Assembly: GCA_951812955.1 (NCBI GenBank) | Contig: OX638340.1 | Coordinates: 3,072,001 to 3,136,000, forward strand | Origin: an uncultured Gemmatimonadota bacterium | GTDB lineage: Bacteria; JAAXHH01 | Direction of reading: 5' to 3' | Length of the DNA stretch: 64,000 bases | In this document: positions 1 to 9,193 of the stretch, one piece after another | Layout of the letters: each line of letters opens with the position of its first letter | Numbering within the stretch: position 1 is the first letter of the stretch | The notes under the pieces: generated by a model | Database searches by the model: none | The model's input: the letters and a program-made list of their open reading frames with translations, nothing else | What the model was told of the DNA's origin: nothing | Program-made: the position numbers and the translations under genes

Positions 1-1461
1 TTCCGTACCGTTGCATACGATGTCGTACTGGTAGGCCAGGACCTCGAGAGGCGGCTTGTTCCCGAGGGCTTCCAGTCCGCCCTGGGGCATGGAGAACGGA
101 TTGTGCGAAAAGATGACCTTCCCGGTTTCCGCGTCGTATTCGTACATGGGGAAATCGACGATCCAGCAGAAACGGTAGGCGTTCGGCTCACGCAGGGAAA
201 GCAGATCCGCGAAATGCAGCCTGAGCTTGCCCGCCACGTCGTTCGCGCGGTCCTCCGCGTCGGCCGTGAAAAACCATGAGGAACCGGTTTCGGGTTCGAT
301 GACGGATTTCAGCCGATCGAGGGTCTGCTCGTCCAGCACGCGGGCGATGGAACCCTTGACCCCATCCTCGGTAAAGGAAATGTAGGCCGCGCCCCGTCCC
401 CCGAAACCCTCCTTCACGGTCCGGTCCAGGTTGTCGAAGAAACTGCGGGGCTTCACGGCGACGCCAGGGACGGCAAGGGCCCTCACCACGCCGCCTTTCT
501 CGACGATCTGGCGAAACGCATTGAAATCGGAGTCCCGGAAGGCCTCGGTAACGTCCTGGATCTCCAGGCCGAAGCGCAGGTCGGGCTTGTCGGAACCGTA
601 ACGGAGCATCGCTTCGCGATAGGGGATGCGCGGAAAGGGCGGTGCAGTCACCTTCCAGTCGCTGAACTCCGTGAACAGCCCGTGAAACAGGGTCTCCAGC
701 GCTTCGAAAACATCATCCTGCTCCACGAAGGACATCTCCACGTCCAGCTGGTAAAACTCGCCCGGCGACCGATCGGCCCGGGCATCTTCATCCCGGAAGC
801 ACGGGGCGATCTGGAAATAGCGGTCGAACCCCGAGATCATGAGAAGCTGCTTGAACTGCTGCGGCGCCTGGGGAAGGGCGTAGAATTTGCCCGGATGCAC
901 CCGGCTCGGGACCAGGTAGTCCCGGGCGCCCTCGGGCGAACTGCTGGTGAGGATGGGCGTGTTGAACTCGTTGAAGCCAAGGGCCGTCATGCGTTGCCGT
1001 ATGCTCGCAACGATGCGCGACCGCATGATGATGTTGTGGTGTATCCGCTCCCTGCGCAGATCGAGCATGCGGTAGGTCAGGCGGGTGGCTTCCGGGTATT
1101 CCCGCTCGTCCGCGACGGACAGGGGCAGCGGATCCGCGGCGCTGAGTACCGTCATGGAATCGGCCTTCACTTCGATATGGCCCGTGGGCAGGTTGGGGTT
1201 GACCGCGTCCTCCGCCCTCGGGATTACCCCGCCGGTGAAGGTGGCGACGGTCTCCGCACGCAGGTCCCCAGCCTCTTCGTGGAATCCGCTTTCAGGCGTT
1301 ATGACGACCTGCGTGATCCCGTAGTGGTCCCGCAGGTCGATGAAGAGCAGGCCGCCGTGGTCCCGTTTCCGGTGAACCCAGCCGGCGATTCGCACGCACG
1401 TACCCTCGTCGCTCCGCCTCAATTCTCCGCAGGTGTGTGTCCTGTATGGGTGGTCTTTCAT
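1..1461 (-). CDS. aspS: Aspartyl-tRNA synthetase (3' end of gene cut by window edge)
   Basis: Manual translation of minus strand from ATG at 1461: MKDHPYRTHTCGELRRSDEGTCVRIAGWVHRKRDHGGLLFIDLRDHYGITQVV (OB-fold anticodon-binding N-terminus) continuing through class II core motifs (FYALPQAPQQFKQLLM, FQIAPCFRDED, QLDVEMSF) to position 1; absent from ORF track because no in-window stop. Confidence 0.9.
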   Translation of the reverse strand, partial: MKDHPYRTHTCGELRRSDEGTCVRIAGWVHRKRDHGGLLFIDLRDHYGITQVVITPESGFHEEAGDLRAETVATFTGGVIPRAEDAVNPNLPTGHIEVKADSMTVLSAADPLPLSVADEREYPEATRLTYRMLDLRRERIHHNIIMRSRIVASIRQRMTALGFNEFNTPILTSSSPEGARDYLVPSRVHPGKFYALPQAPQQFKQLLMISGFDRYFQIAPCFRDEDARADRSPGEFYQLDVEMSFVEQDDVFEALETLFHGLFTEFSDWKVTAPPFPRIPYREAMLRYGSDKPDLRFGLEIQDVTEAFRDSDFNAFRQIVEKGGVVRALAVPGVAVKPRSFFDNLDRTVKEGFGGRGAAYISFTEDGVKGSIARVLDEQTLDRLKSVIEPETGSSWFFTADAEDRANDVAGKLRLHFADLLSLREPNAYRFCWIVDFPMYEYDAETGKVIFSHNPFSMPQGGLEALGNKPPLEVLAYQYDIVCNGTE

Positions 1462-1540
1462 CTGGGGGTCCTTTCTCCCGTTTCCCGCCGGTTTTCGTGC
1501 CTCGTGCCCGGGCGGCGGTCCCCGGGCGGGTCGATTACCT

Positions 1541-2422
1541 TCACGACCGGTCCGCGCCCAGTTCCGCCAGAAGGTCCAGCGTGTTCCGCATGCAGATTCT
1601 GGAGGCCGCCTCTCCCGCCTCAGAAAACTGTTTTCCCCCCGGCCTCTCGATCAGCGTCCGTTCGATCTGATCGGCGCCAATGCGCCAGTGGGTTTCCAGG
1701 GACAGGCACCCGTCGTAATCCTGTCCGATCAGGTCGGCGAACTGTCCGCGATAGTCGATTTCGCCCTCGCACATGGGAACGTTGACATCCCCGTCGGGCG
1801 TACCGCGTCTGCCGTCCTTGAAGTGCATGTGACACATGTCCGACCGGATGTGTCCGTACCCGTCCGGGTAGGGTGTCTGCCCGCCGTCGGCGAACAACTC
1901 GTTGCAGGGATCCCACAGGGGCTTGACGACCGGCGAATCCAGTGCGTCGACCAGGCGCCGCGTCTCCGCGCCGGTGCCTATGAGGGTGGACGCTTCGTTC
2001 TCCAGTCCCAGCACGACGCCTTCGCCCGCGGCGATCCGGACGGGTTCGGCGTACCTTTCGATGATCCGGTCCCAGAATTTCTCGAGGGGATCCTGCTTCC
2101 AGAATGCGAAGACACGGACCAGCGTGGTGTCCAGTTCACGGGCTACGCGGATGCACTTGCGGAGCATGCCGAGGTGTTCCCTGCACGTGGCGTCGTCTTC
2201 GATGTCGCACTTGTAGAAGGGAGCGGCAACCCCAAAGACCGAGAGACCGGCCTCTCCGGTACGGTCCCTGATCCGCGCGATCTCGTTGTCGTCGAGATCC
2301 TGGGGCGGCTTGTCCCAGATGGATCGGATCTCGATGCCGTCCAGGTTGAAATCCCGGGCGAAGTCGATGACCGTATCCAGGTCCTGGGAAACCTCGTCGG
2401 TTATAACGGCGATCTTGAACAT
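1541..2422 (-). CDS. Sugar phosphate isomerase/epimerase (xylose-isomerase-like TIM barrel)
   Basis: 293 aa ORF; AP-endonuclease 2/xylose isomerase-like TIM-barrel pattern (LGLENE, metal-binding H/D/E positions, ETHW). Confidence 0.7.
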   Translation of the reverse strand: MFKIAVITDEVSQDLDTVIDFARDFNLDGIEIRSIWDKPPQDLDDNEIARIRDRTGEAGLSVFGVAAPFYKCDIEDDATCREHLGMLRKCIRVARELDTTLVRVFAFWKQDPLEKFWDRIIERYAEPVRIAAGEGVVLGLENEASTLIGTGAETRRLVDALDSPVVKPLWDPCNELFADGGQTPYPDGYGHIRSDMCHMHFKDGRRGTPDGDVNVPMCEGEIDYRGQFADLIGQDYDGCLSLETHWRIGADQIERTLIERPGGKQFSEAGEAASRICMRNTLDLLAELGADRS

Positions 2423-2461
2423 GGATCCTTTATGCTCCTTTACGCTGTTTTCCTTTTTCCT

Positions 2462-2881
2462 TTAAGTGCCGCGTTCGGCCATGGTTTCGGCGAAACGGAA
2501 GATCGACGATTCCTGCCCGAAGGTCTCTACCGATCCGGGACGGCTGTTGCGAATCTCTTCGATGGCGGCTTCCGGCGTGGCCCCCCGCCAGACGAGATAC
2601 CCCGCCAGCACGGTGCCGGTCCGGCCAATGCCAGCCATGCAATGCACGACCACGCCGCCCTGTTCGATTTGCTCATCGATATAGAGGACGGCCCGTCGAA
2701 TCTGTTCCGGCGAGGGCGCGGTCATGTCCTCCACCGGGAGATGCAGGCTGCGAAGCCCGCATTGCGCCAGCGTTTCCCCGTGCAGCGGTTCGCCCGTCAG
2801 GGACACCACGGTGGCCACGCCCAGTCCCTTCAGGCTCATCAGGTCCTGCTTCAGGGCCTGGTTCCGTCTTGCCTCCCTCAT
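2462..2881 (-). CDS. Dual-specificity protein phosphatase, DUSP23/VH1-like (N-terminal segment appears to lie in another frame 2882-2957; see findings)
   Basis: 139 aa ORF with Cys-based PTP signature VVVHCMAGIGRTGTVLAGYLV; upstream frame (2957 downward) encodes MLRNFTWVIPGRLAGMALP matching the conserved DUSP23 N-terminus. Confidence 0.75.
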   Translation of the reverse strand: MREARRNQALKQDLMSLKGLGVATVVSLTGEPLHGETLAQCGLRSLHLPVEDMTAPSPEQIRRAVLYIDEQIEQGGVVVHCMAGIGRTGTVLAGYLVWRGATPEAAIEEIRNSRPGSVETFGQESSIFRFAETMAERGT

Positions 2882-2972
2882 GCGGCCGGAGGGCGCCCGT
2901 GGGCAGGGCCATGCCGGCCAGCCGGCCGGGAATGACCCAGGTAAAGTTCCTCAGCATCCAGTGCTCCCGGCG

Positions 2973-3176
2973 TCACTTCCCGGGGATATCCTCGAAACGG
3001 CCTTCCTCGATGTTCTTCGGATCGATGGTCGTCTTCGGTTTCTTCGGTTCCCTCGGTCTGGGCTCCGGCGCCGGGCGGGACGGTCGAGTGAGCATATTGG
3101 CCAGGATACGGAGCACCTGTTGAATCAGGATTCCCGCCAGGAATCTCATCAAGAACCGGAGAATGTAAGTCAGCAT
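2973..3176 (-). CDS. Hypothetical small protein (67 aa, hydrophobic N-terminus, Pro/Lys-rich C-terminus)
   Basis: ORF fills gap between tmk and phosphatase on same strand; third codon positions strongly G/C as in neighbouring genes; no family recognised. Confidence 0.3.
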   Translation of the reverse strand: MLTYILRFLMRFLAGILIQQVLRILANMLTRPSRPAPEPRPREPKKPKTTIDPKNIEEGRFEDIPGK

Positions 3177-3180
3177 GGCA

Positions 3181-3843
3181 TTATCCGCCGCAGCAGGTCT
3201 GCATCACTTTTTCCACCCGATCGCGCACTTCCGCCTGCACTTCTTCGGGCGCGCGCGCGCCATCAATAATCTCAATCTGATCCAATGTTTTTCTGCGGTG
3301 CGCCAGTTCCAGGTAATTTCCGCGGATGGCGCGAAGCGTTTCCAGGTTCTCGAACAACTCGGTATCCGCACGCGCCTGGCGTATCCGTTCCATGCAAACC
3401 TCGGCGGGCGCATCGATGAGCAGGGTCAGATGGGGGTGGATCGCCCGTGCGTTGATCGACTCGATCCAGTCCAGCTCGCCGGGCATCTCCCGCCACTGGT
3501 AGGCAAAGGACGAGAGGAAATAACGGTCGCACAACACGGGGATTCCGCGGTGAATGCTGGATTCGATTTCCGATTTGACGTGATCGATCCGGTCGGCGGC
3601 GAACAGCAGGGCGTGACAGATGCCGTCGAGTTCCACCCGGCGCTGAAGGGCATCTTTCAGCAGTCTGCCGATGGGGCGGTTCGTGGGTTCTCCCGTGGTA
3701 AGGACGGGCCTCCCGTAACGCACTTCCATCCACTCGTGAAGGCGTTTCAGCTGAGTCGTCTTGCCCGCGCCGTCTATCCCTTCGATTACGATGAATGGCG
3801 CGGCGGCGTCGCCGGAATCGCGGCAGACCTCCTTTCCCTTCAT
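3181..3843 (-). CDS. tmk: Thymidylate kinase
   Basis: P-loop FIVIEGIDGAGKTTQ, DRY-like motif LCDRY; start ATG 3843 overlaps upstream stop (ATGA). Confidence 0.85.
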   Translation of the reverse strand: MKGKEVCRDSGDAAAPFIVIEGIDGAGKTTQLKRLHEWMEVRYGRPVLTTGEPTNRPIGRLLKDALQRRVELDGICHALLFAADRIDHVKSEIESSIHRGIPVLCDRYFLSSFAYQWREMPGELDWIESINARAIHPHLTLLIDAPAEVCMERIRQARADTELFENLETLRAIRGNYLELAHRRKTLDQIEIIDGARAPEEVQAEVRDRVEKVMQTCCGG

Positions 3844-4520
3844 GAATTCCCCCATGGACGGAGCAGGTCCCGCCATCCACGCGCTTCTTCCAGGACGCTG
3901 GTTTCGCTAAGCTCATATCGTTTCAGGGTTTCACGCAGTCCGGTGCTGAACAGCACGCCGATGGCACCGATGCCCAGGAAGAGCAGCCCGATACCGCTGG
4001 CCAGGCTGAAGACCATGATGAGAGAACCGGCCAGCAACAGCACGAAGGCGTAGCCGGCGTTGTCCAGGGCGAGGAATACACCGGAACGGATGATCTGCCT
4101 GACCGGGGCCCGGTTCCGGTACGCAAGCGGCAATGTGAAGACGGCCGTCATGCAGACGAAGACGATCAGCCACATCATCACGCCGCCCAGGACCGCGCCG
4201 GTCCAGGGCCAGTCATCCATGAGACGCATGTAGAAAAACACGTTGGCGGCAAGGAGAGCCAGGACGCCCGCGTAAAGCCCGCAGAGCACGAAACTGCGGC
4301 CCAGATCCTGCCTGGCGTGAACGAAGAAATCCCTCAAGCCCGTCTCTTCGTAGGCGGCGATTCGTCCGGTGACCCGGAACAGTCCGGCAAAGGCGAGGGG
4401 AAGCGTAACCAGCGGCAGGGCGCACAATATCCACAGGATGTTGATCACGATCAGCGTTCCCAGGTAATCATAGGTATTCCAGAACCATTTCCTGAACAGC
4501 CCGGGATCCTTGTCCTGCAT
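3840..4520 (-). CDS. DUF624/YesL-like integral membrane protein
   Basis: 226 aa, several long hydrophobic segments; N-terminal FRKWFWNTYDYLGTLIVINILW resembles YesL family. Confidence 0.55.
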   Translation of the reverse strand: MQDKDPGLFRKWFWNTYDYLGTLIVINILWILCALPLVTLPLAFAGLFRVTGRIAAYEETGLRDFFVHARQDLGRSFVLCGLYAGVLALLAANVFFYMRLMDDWPWTGAVLGGVMMWLIVFVCMTAVFTLPLAYRNRAPVRQIIRSGVFLALDNAGYAFVLLLAGSLIMVFSLASGIGLLFLGIGAIGVLFSTGLRETLKRYELSETSVLEEARGWRDLLRPWGNS

Positions 4521-4559
4521 ACTCGGCGCACCCTTTTACGGGGCTTTCGGCCGGCGGCC

Positions 4560-4636
4560 GCGGTTCGCAAAGCCCGAATTCAAAGGCCGGCCCGGCCGGG
4601 TGCTGCGGTTCGCGAAGCCTGTTTCCAAAGGCCGGC
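4560..4636. repeat. Two 32-bp imperfect direct repeats (gcggttcgcaaagcccgaattcaaaggccggc / gcggttcgcgaagcctgtttccaaaggccggc), period 45 bp, in divergent promoter region
   Basis: seen directly in sequence, 4560-4591 and 4605-4636. Confidence 0.6.
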
Positions 4637-4711
4637 TCGGTCTGCTCGACAACGCCAGCATGGTACAGGCTCCACCCTGAATTCGCAACTGTTTTCTTGG
4701 CGAGAAAAACC

Positions 4712-4740
4712 TTGACATAACCGTCGGACCGCAATATAAT
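4712..4740 (+). promoter_or_regulatory. Consensus sigma70-type promoter: TTGACA(4712-4717)-17 bp-TATAAT(4735-4740)
   Basis: perfect -35 and -10 hexamers with 17-bp spacer, about 55 nt upstream of leader ORF start. Confidence 0.55.
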
Positions 4741-4796
4741 GGCGCAATTCTAACAGTGGGCAGTCGAACGTGTTCCTCATCAAACTCTGGAAAGAA

Positions 4797-4916
4797 ATGA
4801 CAGCCGTTTACTCCTCCCGGTCATCGCGATTCGATTATTGGCGGAAGCAGAGCGATCTGTTTACCTGGTGGCCTTTTTACGGGACGAGGCGGCATGTCAT
4901 GCGAAGCGGCGCCTGA
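4797..4916 (+). CDS. Aromatic-codon-rich attenuation leader peptide (trpL-like), 39 aa: MTAVYSSRSSRFDYWRKQSDLFTWWPFYGTRRHVMRSGA
   Basis: manual translation; tandem TGG TGG at 4866-4871; 9 of 39 codons are Phe/Tyr/Trp; sits between consensus promoter and intrinsic terminator ahead of trpE. Confidence 0.55.
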   Translation: MTAVYSSRSSRFDYWRKQSDLFTWWPFYGTRRHVMRSGA

Positions 4917-4948
4917 TTGAAGTAGATTCATCCTTCGTTGATTTGACC

Positions 4949-4990
4949 GGCCTCTACCCACACAAGGTAGCGGCCTTTTTTTGTTTTGTG
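4949..4990 (+). terminator. Intrinsic terminator / attenuator hairpin: GGCCTCTACC-cacacaa-GGTAGCGGCC followed by TTTTTTTGTTTTGTG
   Basis: 10-bp GC-rich stem (1 mismatch) plus T-tract, 33 nt after leader stop and 76 nt before trpE ATG. Confidence 0.6.
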
Positions 4991-5065
4991 CGGGCATGAT
5001 CGCGACAGGCCGCTCCAGGTAGAGGGAATCCCAGGCAACTTGTCACCACGTAAAGGTCTGTAACC

Positions 5066-6553
5066 ATGTACAGGACATCCTACGACACCTTTCTGGAGTA
5101 CAACGGCAAGCCCGATTTCCCCCTGGTGCCCATCTGGCACGAACGGGACCTGACAGATGAAACGCCCGAGGAAACCTTCCACCGGATCAGCGCGGGATAC
5201 CGGTACGCCTTCCTGTTGGAGAGTATGGAAGGCGATCAGAAAACGGCGCGGTATTCCTTCGTAGGCGCAGATCCCTTTGAGCGTATCGTCGGAACGAAAC
5301 AGGGGATCAACAGGATCAACGACCGGGGGGTGCTGACGCTGAAGGGCAACCCCATCGAGCTGATGCGGGAAATCATGAGGGAATACCGGACCCCGGTGCT
5401 CGAACACCTGCCCCGGTTCACGGGCGGCGCCGTGGGATACCTCGGTTACGACGTCGTTCGGCACTTCGAAGAAATTCCGGACGACAACCCGGACGACCTG
5501 ATGATGCCCGACCTGCACTTCATCGTGGCAGGGAAGATTGTGGTTTTCGACCACGCGCGCAAGCGCATGTACGTGATCGTCAATATGCTGTCCAATGCCA
5601 CGGATCCCGCATCGGCCTACCGGCAGGGCATGACCCAGGTAGACGACATGCTGAAACGGATCGACCGGCCACAGCCTCCAGTCGAGTCCTTCGATGAAGG
5701 CCCGACCATGGAGGCGGATCGGACCGTGTCCTCCAACATGACCCGGGACGAGTTCGAGGATACGGTGAGGACGGCCAAGGAATACATCGCCGCGGGGGAC
5801 ATCTACCAGGTGGTGCTGTCCCAGCGGTTCAGGATGGAAGCCGGCCGGGATCCCTTCGATGTGTACCGGGCGCTCGCGAGGCTGAATCCATCGCCCTACC
5901 TGTTTTACCTGCGGCTGGACGACGTGCATATTGTCGGCTCCTCGCCCGAGACGATGGTACTGGCCGAGAACCGCAGGGTGACGGTACGCCCTCTGGCCGG
6001 GACTTGCCGGCGGGGCGCGGACGAGGCGGAAGACCGGCTGTTGATCGAAGAGATGCTGAATGATCCCAAGGAACGGGCGGAACATGTGATGCTGGTGGAC
6101 CTGGGCCGAAACGATATCGGCCGCATCTGCGAATACGGTACGGTTCGAACGTCGGAACTGATGGGCATAGAGCGGTATTCCCACGTGAGCCATATCGTAT
6201 CGAACGTGGAGGGACGCCTCCGGGAAGGCATCGATGGATTCGACGTGCTGGAGGCGACATTCCCGGCGGGGACCCTGTCCGGCGCACCCAAAATCCGGGC
6301 CATGGAAATCATCGACGAACAGGAGACCACCCGGCGCGGCGTGTACGGCGGGGCATTGGGGTATTTCGGTTTTTCGGACAACCTCGACCTGTGCATCACC
6401 ATTCGGACCATGGTTATCAAGGACGGCCAGGCCTACATCCAGGCGGGCGCCGGCATCGTCGCGGACTCGGATCCCGGAAAAGAATACGAGGAATGCTGGA
6501 AGAAGGCCGAGGCGCTGCTGCGGGCGCTGAAGGAAGCCGAGGTGGTTTCATGA
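5066..6553 (+). CDS. trpE: Anthranilate synthase component I
   Basis: 495 aa; TrpE/chorismate-binding family (LLESMEGD, C-terminal [22 protein letters not shown]). Confidence 0.9.
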   Translation: MYRTSYDTFLEYNGKPDFPLVPIWHERDLTDETPEETFHRISAGYRYAFLLESMEGDQKTARYSFVGADPFERIVGTKQGINRINDRGVLTLKGNPIELMREIMREYRTPVLEHLPRFTGGAVGYLGYDVVRHFEEIPDDNPDDLMMPDLHFIVAGKIVVFDHARKRMYVIVNMLSNATDPASAYRQGMTQVDDMLKRIDRPQPPVESFDEGPTMEADRTVSSNMTRDEFEDTVRTAKEYIAAGDIYQVVLSQRFRMEAGRDPFDVYRALARLNPSPYLFYLRLDDVHIVGSSPETMVLAENRRVTVRPLAGTCRRGADEAEDRLLIEEMLNDPKERAEHVMLVDLGRNDIGRICEYGTVRTSELMGIERYSHVSHIVSNVEGRLREGIDGFDVLEATFPAGTLSGAPKIRAMEIIDEQETTRRGVYGGALGYFGFSDNLDLCITIRTMVIKDGQAYIQAGAGIVADSDPGKEYEECWKKAEALLRALKEAEVVS

Positions 6554-7131
6554 TCCTGGTCATCGACAACTACGATTCTTTCACGTACAACCTCGTTCAG
6601 TACCTCGGGGAACTGGGTCAGCAGGTCACCGTGCGCCGTAACGACCGGATTACCCTTCCGGAGATCGAGGCCCTCGACCCGGACCACCTGGTCCTCTCTC
6701 CCGGGCCTTGCACCCCTGATGAAGCGGGCGTTTCCGTCGACGCGGTCCGTCGTTTCTCAGGCCGGCTGCCCATCCTGGGCGTATGCCTGGGACACCAGTC
6801 CATTGCCCAGGCCTACGGAGGACGGATCGTTCGCGCGTCGAAGCCCGTTCACGGCAAGACCTCCTCGATTGCCCACGATGGCGAATCCATCTTCAACCGG
6901 TTGCCGAATCCCTTCACCGCGACGCGTTACCACTCGCTGATCGTGGAAAAGGAAACACTGCCCGGATGCCTGGAAGTGACCGCGCGATCGGAGGACGGCC
7001 TGATCATGGGGTTGAGGCATGGTTCCCTGCCCGTTTACGGTGTACAGTTTCACCCGGAGTCCATACTGACCGAAGTAGGCAGACAGCTGTTGCGGAATTT
7101 CGTGGAGTCGAAGGCGTATGAACCAGCCTGA
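6550..7131 (+). CDS. trpG: Anthranilate synthase component II (glutamine amidotransferase)
   Basis: [23 protein letters not shown], catalytic GVCLGHQ; ATGA overlap with trpE stop. Confidence 0.9.
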   Translation: MILVIDNYDSFTYNLVQYLGELGQQVTVRRNDRITLPEIEALDPDHLVLSPGPCTPDEAGVSVDAVRRFSGRLPILGVCLGHQSIAQAYGGRIVRASKPVHGKTSSIAHDGESIFNRLPNPFTATRYHSLIVEKETLPGCLEVTARSEDGLIMGLRHGSLPVYGVQFHPESILTEVGRQLLRNFVESKAYEPA

Positions 7132-7308
7132 TGTCATCCTGACCGGCATCAAGCCGACGGTCGGTCCGCTCATCGGCAACTATGCGGGCGCCGGCAGCAG
7201 GCGGGAGTCGGCAGGTACGGACATGGAGATCGCAAGGCAGGCGGTGGGAAGATAGCGGTGGAGATTTTGGTGTAAACGACTTATGCACCTCGATGGAGAC
7301 AGGCACCC

Positions 7309-8319
7309 ATGATACAGCAGGCGATAGCGAAGGCGATTGAAGGAATCTCGCTTTCCGAGGCGGAAGCCGTGGAGGTCATGAACGGGATCATGTCGGGCGA
7401 CGCGACGCCGGCGCAGATCGGCGCCTTCCTGATCGCCTTTCGACAGAAGGGCGAGACGATCGAAGAGGTCACCGGGTTTGCCCGGGTCATGCGGGCCAGG
7501 GCCACGCGGATAGACTGCCGCGCATACCCTATCGTGGATACCTGCGGCACGGGCGGCGACGGCAAGCATACGTTCAACATATCGACGGCGGCGGCCTTCG
7601 TGGCCGCGGCCGCGGGTGCCTTTATCGCCAAGCACGGGGGGCGCGCGGCATCCAGCAAGGCGGGCAGCGCCGACGTACTGACGGCCCTGGGCGTGAATAT
7701 CGAGACGCCGCCGGAGAAGGTGTCGGCATGCATCGACGAAATCGGCATCGGCTTCATGTTCGCCCCGGCCCTCCATTCCGCCATGCGATTCGCCAGCGGC
7801 CCGCGGCGGGAACTCGGCGTGCGGACGGTGCTCAACCTGCTGGGACCGTTGACCAATCCGGCCGGAACCACGGCCCAGGTCATGGGCGTATACGATGGAA
7901 GCGTCGTCCAGACCGCGGCCCACGTGCTGAACAACCTGGGGGCGGAACGTGCTTTCGTGGTGCACAGCGAAGACGGGTTGGACGAGATCGCGACCACGGC
8001 GCCGACCCACGTGGCGGAAGCCAGGGACGGCACCGTAAGGAGCTACGATATCGCGCCGGAAGACTTCGGTCTGCCACGGGCTTCCATCGAAGACCTCAAA
8101 GGTGGCGAAGCGGACGAGAACGCCGGGATCATCCGGTCCCTGCTTGAAGGGGAAACCGGCCCGAGAAGGGACATCGTCCTGCTGAACGCCGCGGCGGCGA
8201 TCGTCGCCGGAGGAAAGGCGGAGGATTTCAACGAGGGCATCACCCTGGCGGCCCGAGCGATCGATACCGGCGCGGCTAGGGAGAAACTGGACGCGTTGAT
8301 CAGGATGACGAACGCGTAA
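7309..8319 (+). CDS. trpD: Anthranilate phosphoribosyltransferase
   Basis: 336 aa; CGTGGDGKHTFNISTAAAFV motif. Confidence 0.9.
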   Translation: MIQQAIAKAIEGISLSEAEAVEVMNGIMSGDATPAQIGAFLIAFRQKGETIEEVTGFARVMRARATRIDCRAYPIVDTCGTGGDGKHTFNISTAAAFVAAAAGAFIAKHGGRAASSKAGSADVLTALGVNIETPPEKVSACIDEIGIGFMFAPALHSAMRFASGPRRELGVRTVLNLLGPLTNPAGTTAQVMGVYDGSVVQTAAHVLNNLGAERAFVVHSEDGLDEIATTAPTHVAEARDGTVRSYDIAPEDFGLPRASIEDLKGGEADENAGIIRSLLEGETGPRRDIVLLNAAAAIVAGGKAEDFNEGITLAARAIDTGAAREKLDALIRMTNA

Positions 8320-8360
8320 GTGCCTGGTACCGGCGGAGGCGGGAGTACGACGGGGAAAAC

Positions 8361-9170
8361 ATGGCAGCCATGAATATCCTGGACCAGATAGTAGCGCACA
8401 AATTCGACGAAATAGAAGACCGGAAGCGCCGTAGGCCGTTGCCTCGCGCTGAGCCCGGACGCCGGTCCGACGTGCGGCCGTTTGACCTTGCGCTGAAACA
8501 GGGGCACGGCATCTGCGTCATCGCCGAATTCAAGAAGGCTTCGCCGTCGAAGGGCGCGATACGTCCGGATGCCGTGCCCTCGGAGATCGGGCCGGTCTAC
8601 GCGGCTCACGGCGCCTCGGCCATTTCGGTGCTGACGGACCGGCGGTTCTTCCAGGGATGTGACGAGGACCTGGCGGCGCTTCGCGGGAGTGTGCCGGTAC
8701 CCGTGCTGCGAAAGGAATTCATCGTAGACGAATACCAGGTCCACGAGACGGCGGCCATGGGCGCGGACGCCATGCTGCTGATCGCGGCGGTACTGGACGA
8801 TGGCCGTCTGGCGGCACTGCGGCAGGCCGCGGCGGTATACGGCCTGCACTGCCTGGTGGAAGTACACGACGACGAGGAGTTGGACCGGGCCATGGAAGCC
8901 GGCAGCCGAATCATCGGCATCAACAACCGGGATCTGACGGATTTCACCGTTTCGCTGGATACTTCACTGAGACTGAGGCGGCGCATTCCCGATGGGATCG
9001 TGACCGTCAGCGAGAGCGGGATCCATACGCGTGAGGACGTCCTTATCCTGGAGCAGGCTGGATTCGACGCCGTACTCGTGGGCGAGTCCCTGATGGCGGC
9101 GGACGGGATCGGCGAACAACTGGACGCCCTGCTGGGCCGGGCACCCGTGCGAACAGGCGGCGGGGCCTGA
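8361..9170 (+). CDS. trpC: Indole-3-glycerol phosphate synthase
   Basis: 269 aa; IAEFKKASPSKG, INNRDL motifs. Confidence 0.85.
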   Translation: MAAMNILDQIVAHKFDEIEDRKRRRPLPRAEPGRRSDVRPFDLALKQGHGICVIAEFKKASPSKGAIRPDAVPSEIGPVYAAHGASAISVLTDRRFFQGCDEDLAALRGSVPVPVLRKEFIVDEYQVHETAAMGADAMLLIAAVLDDGRLAALRQAAAVYGLHCLVEVHDDEELDRAMEAGSRIIGINNRDLTDFTVSLDTSLRLRRRIPDGIVTVSESGIHTREDVLILEQAGFDAVLVGESLMAADGIGEQLDALLGRAPVRTGGGA

Positions 9171-9193
9171 AAGATCTCCCCGCGGACAGGATT

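Noticed and set aside
682-1785. 367-aa plus-strand ORF
   Set aside because: Antisense to the aspS coding region, whose minus-strand translation is an unmistakable AspRS. The product is low-complexity and Arg/Pro-rich, typical of high-GC antisense frames.
7119-7308. 177-bp trpG-trpD gap with a 45-codon ORF overlapping the trpG stop and a CCGACGGTCGG palindrome; considered as a second attenuator
   Set aside because: No Trp/aromatic codon enrichment, no hairpin plus T-tract, no promoter hexamers. More likely a plain spacer or weak internal promoter.
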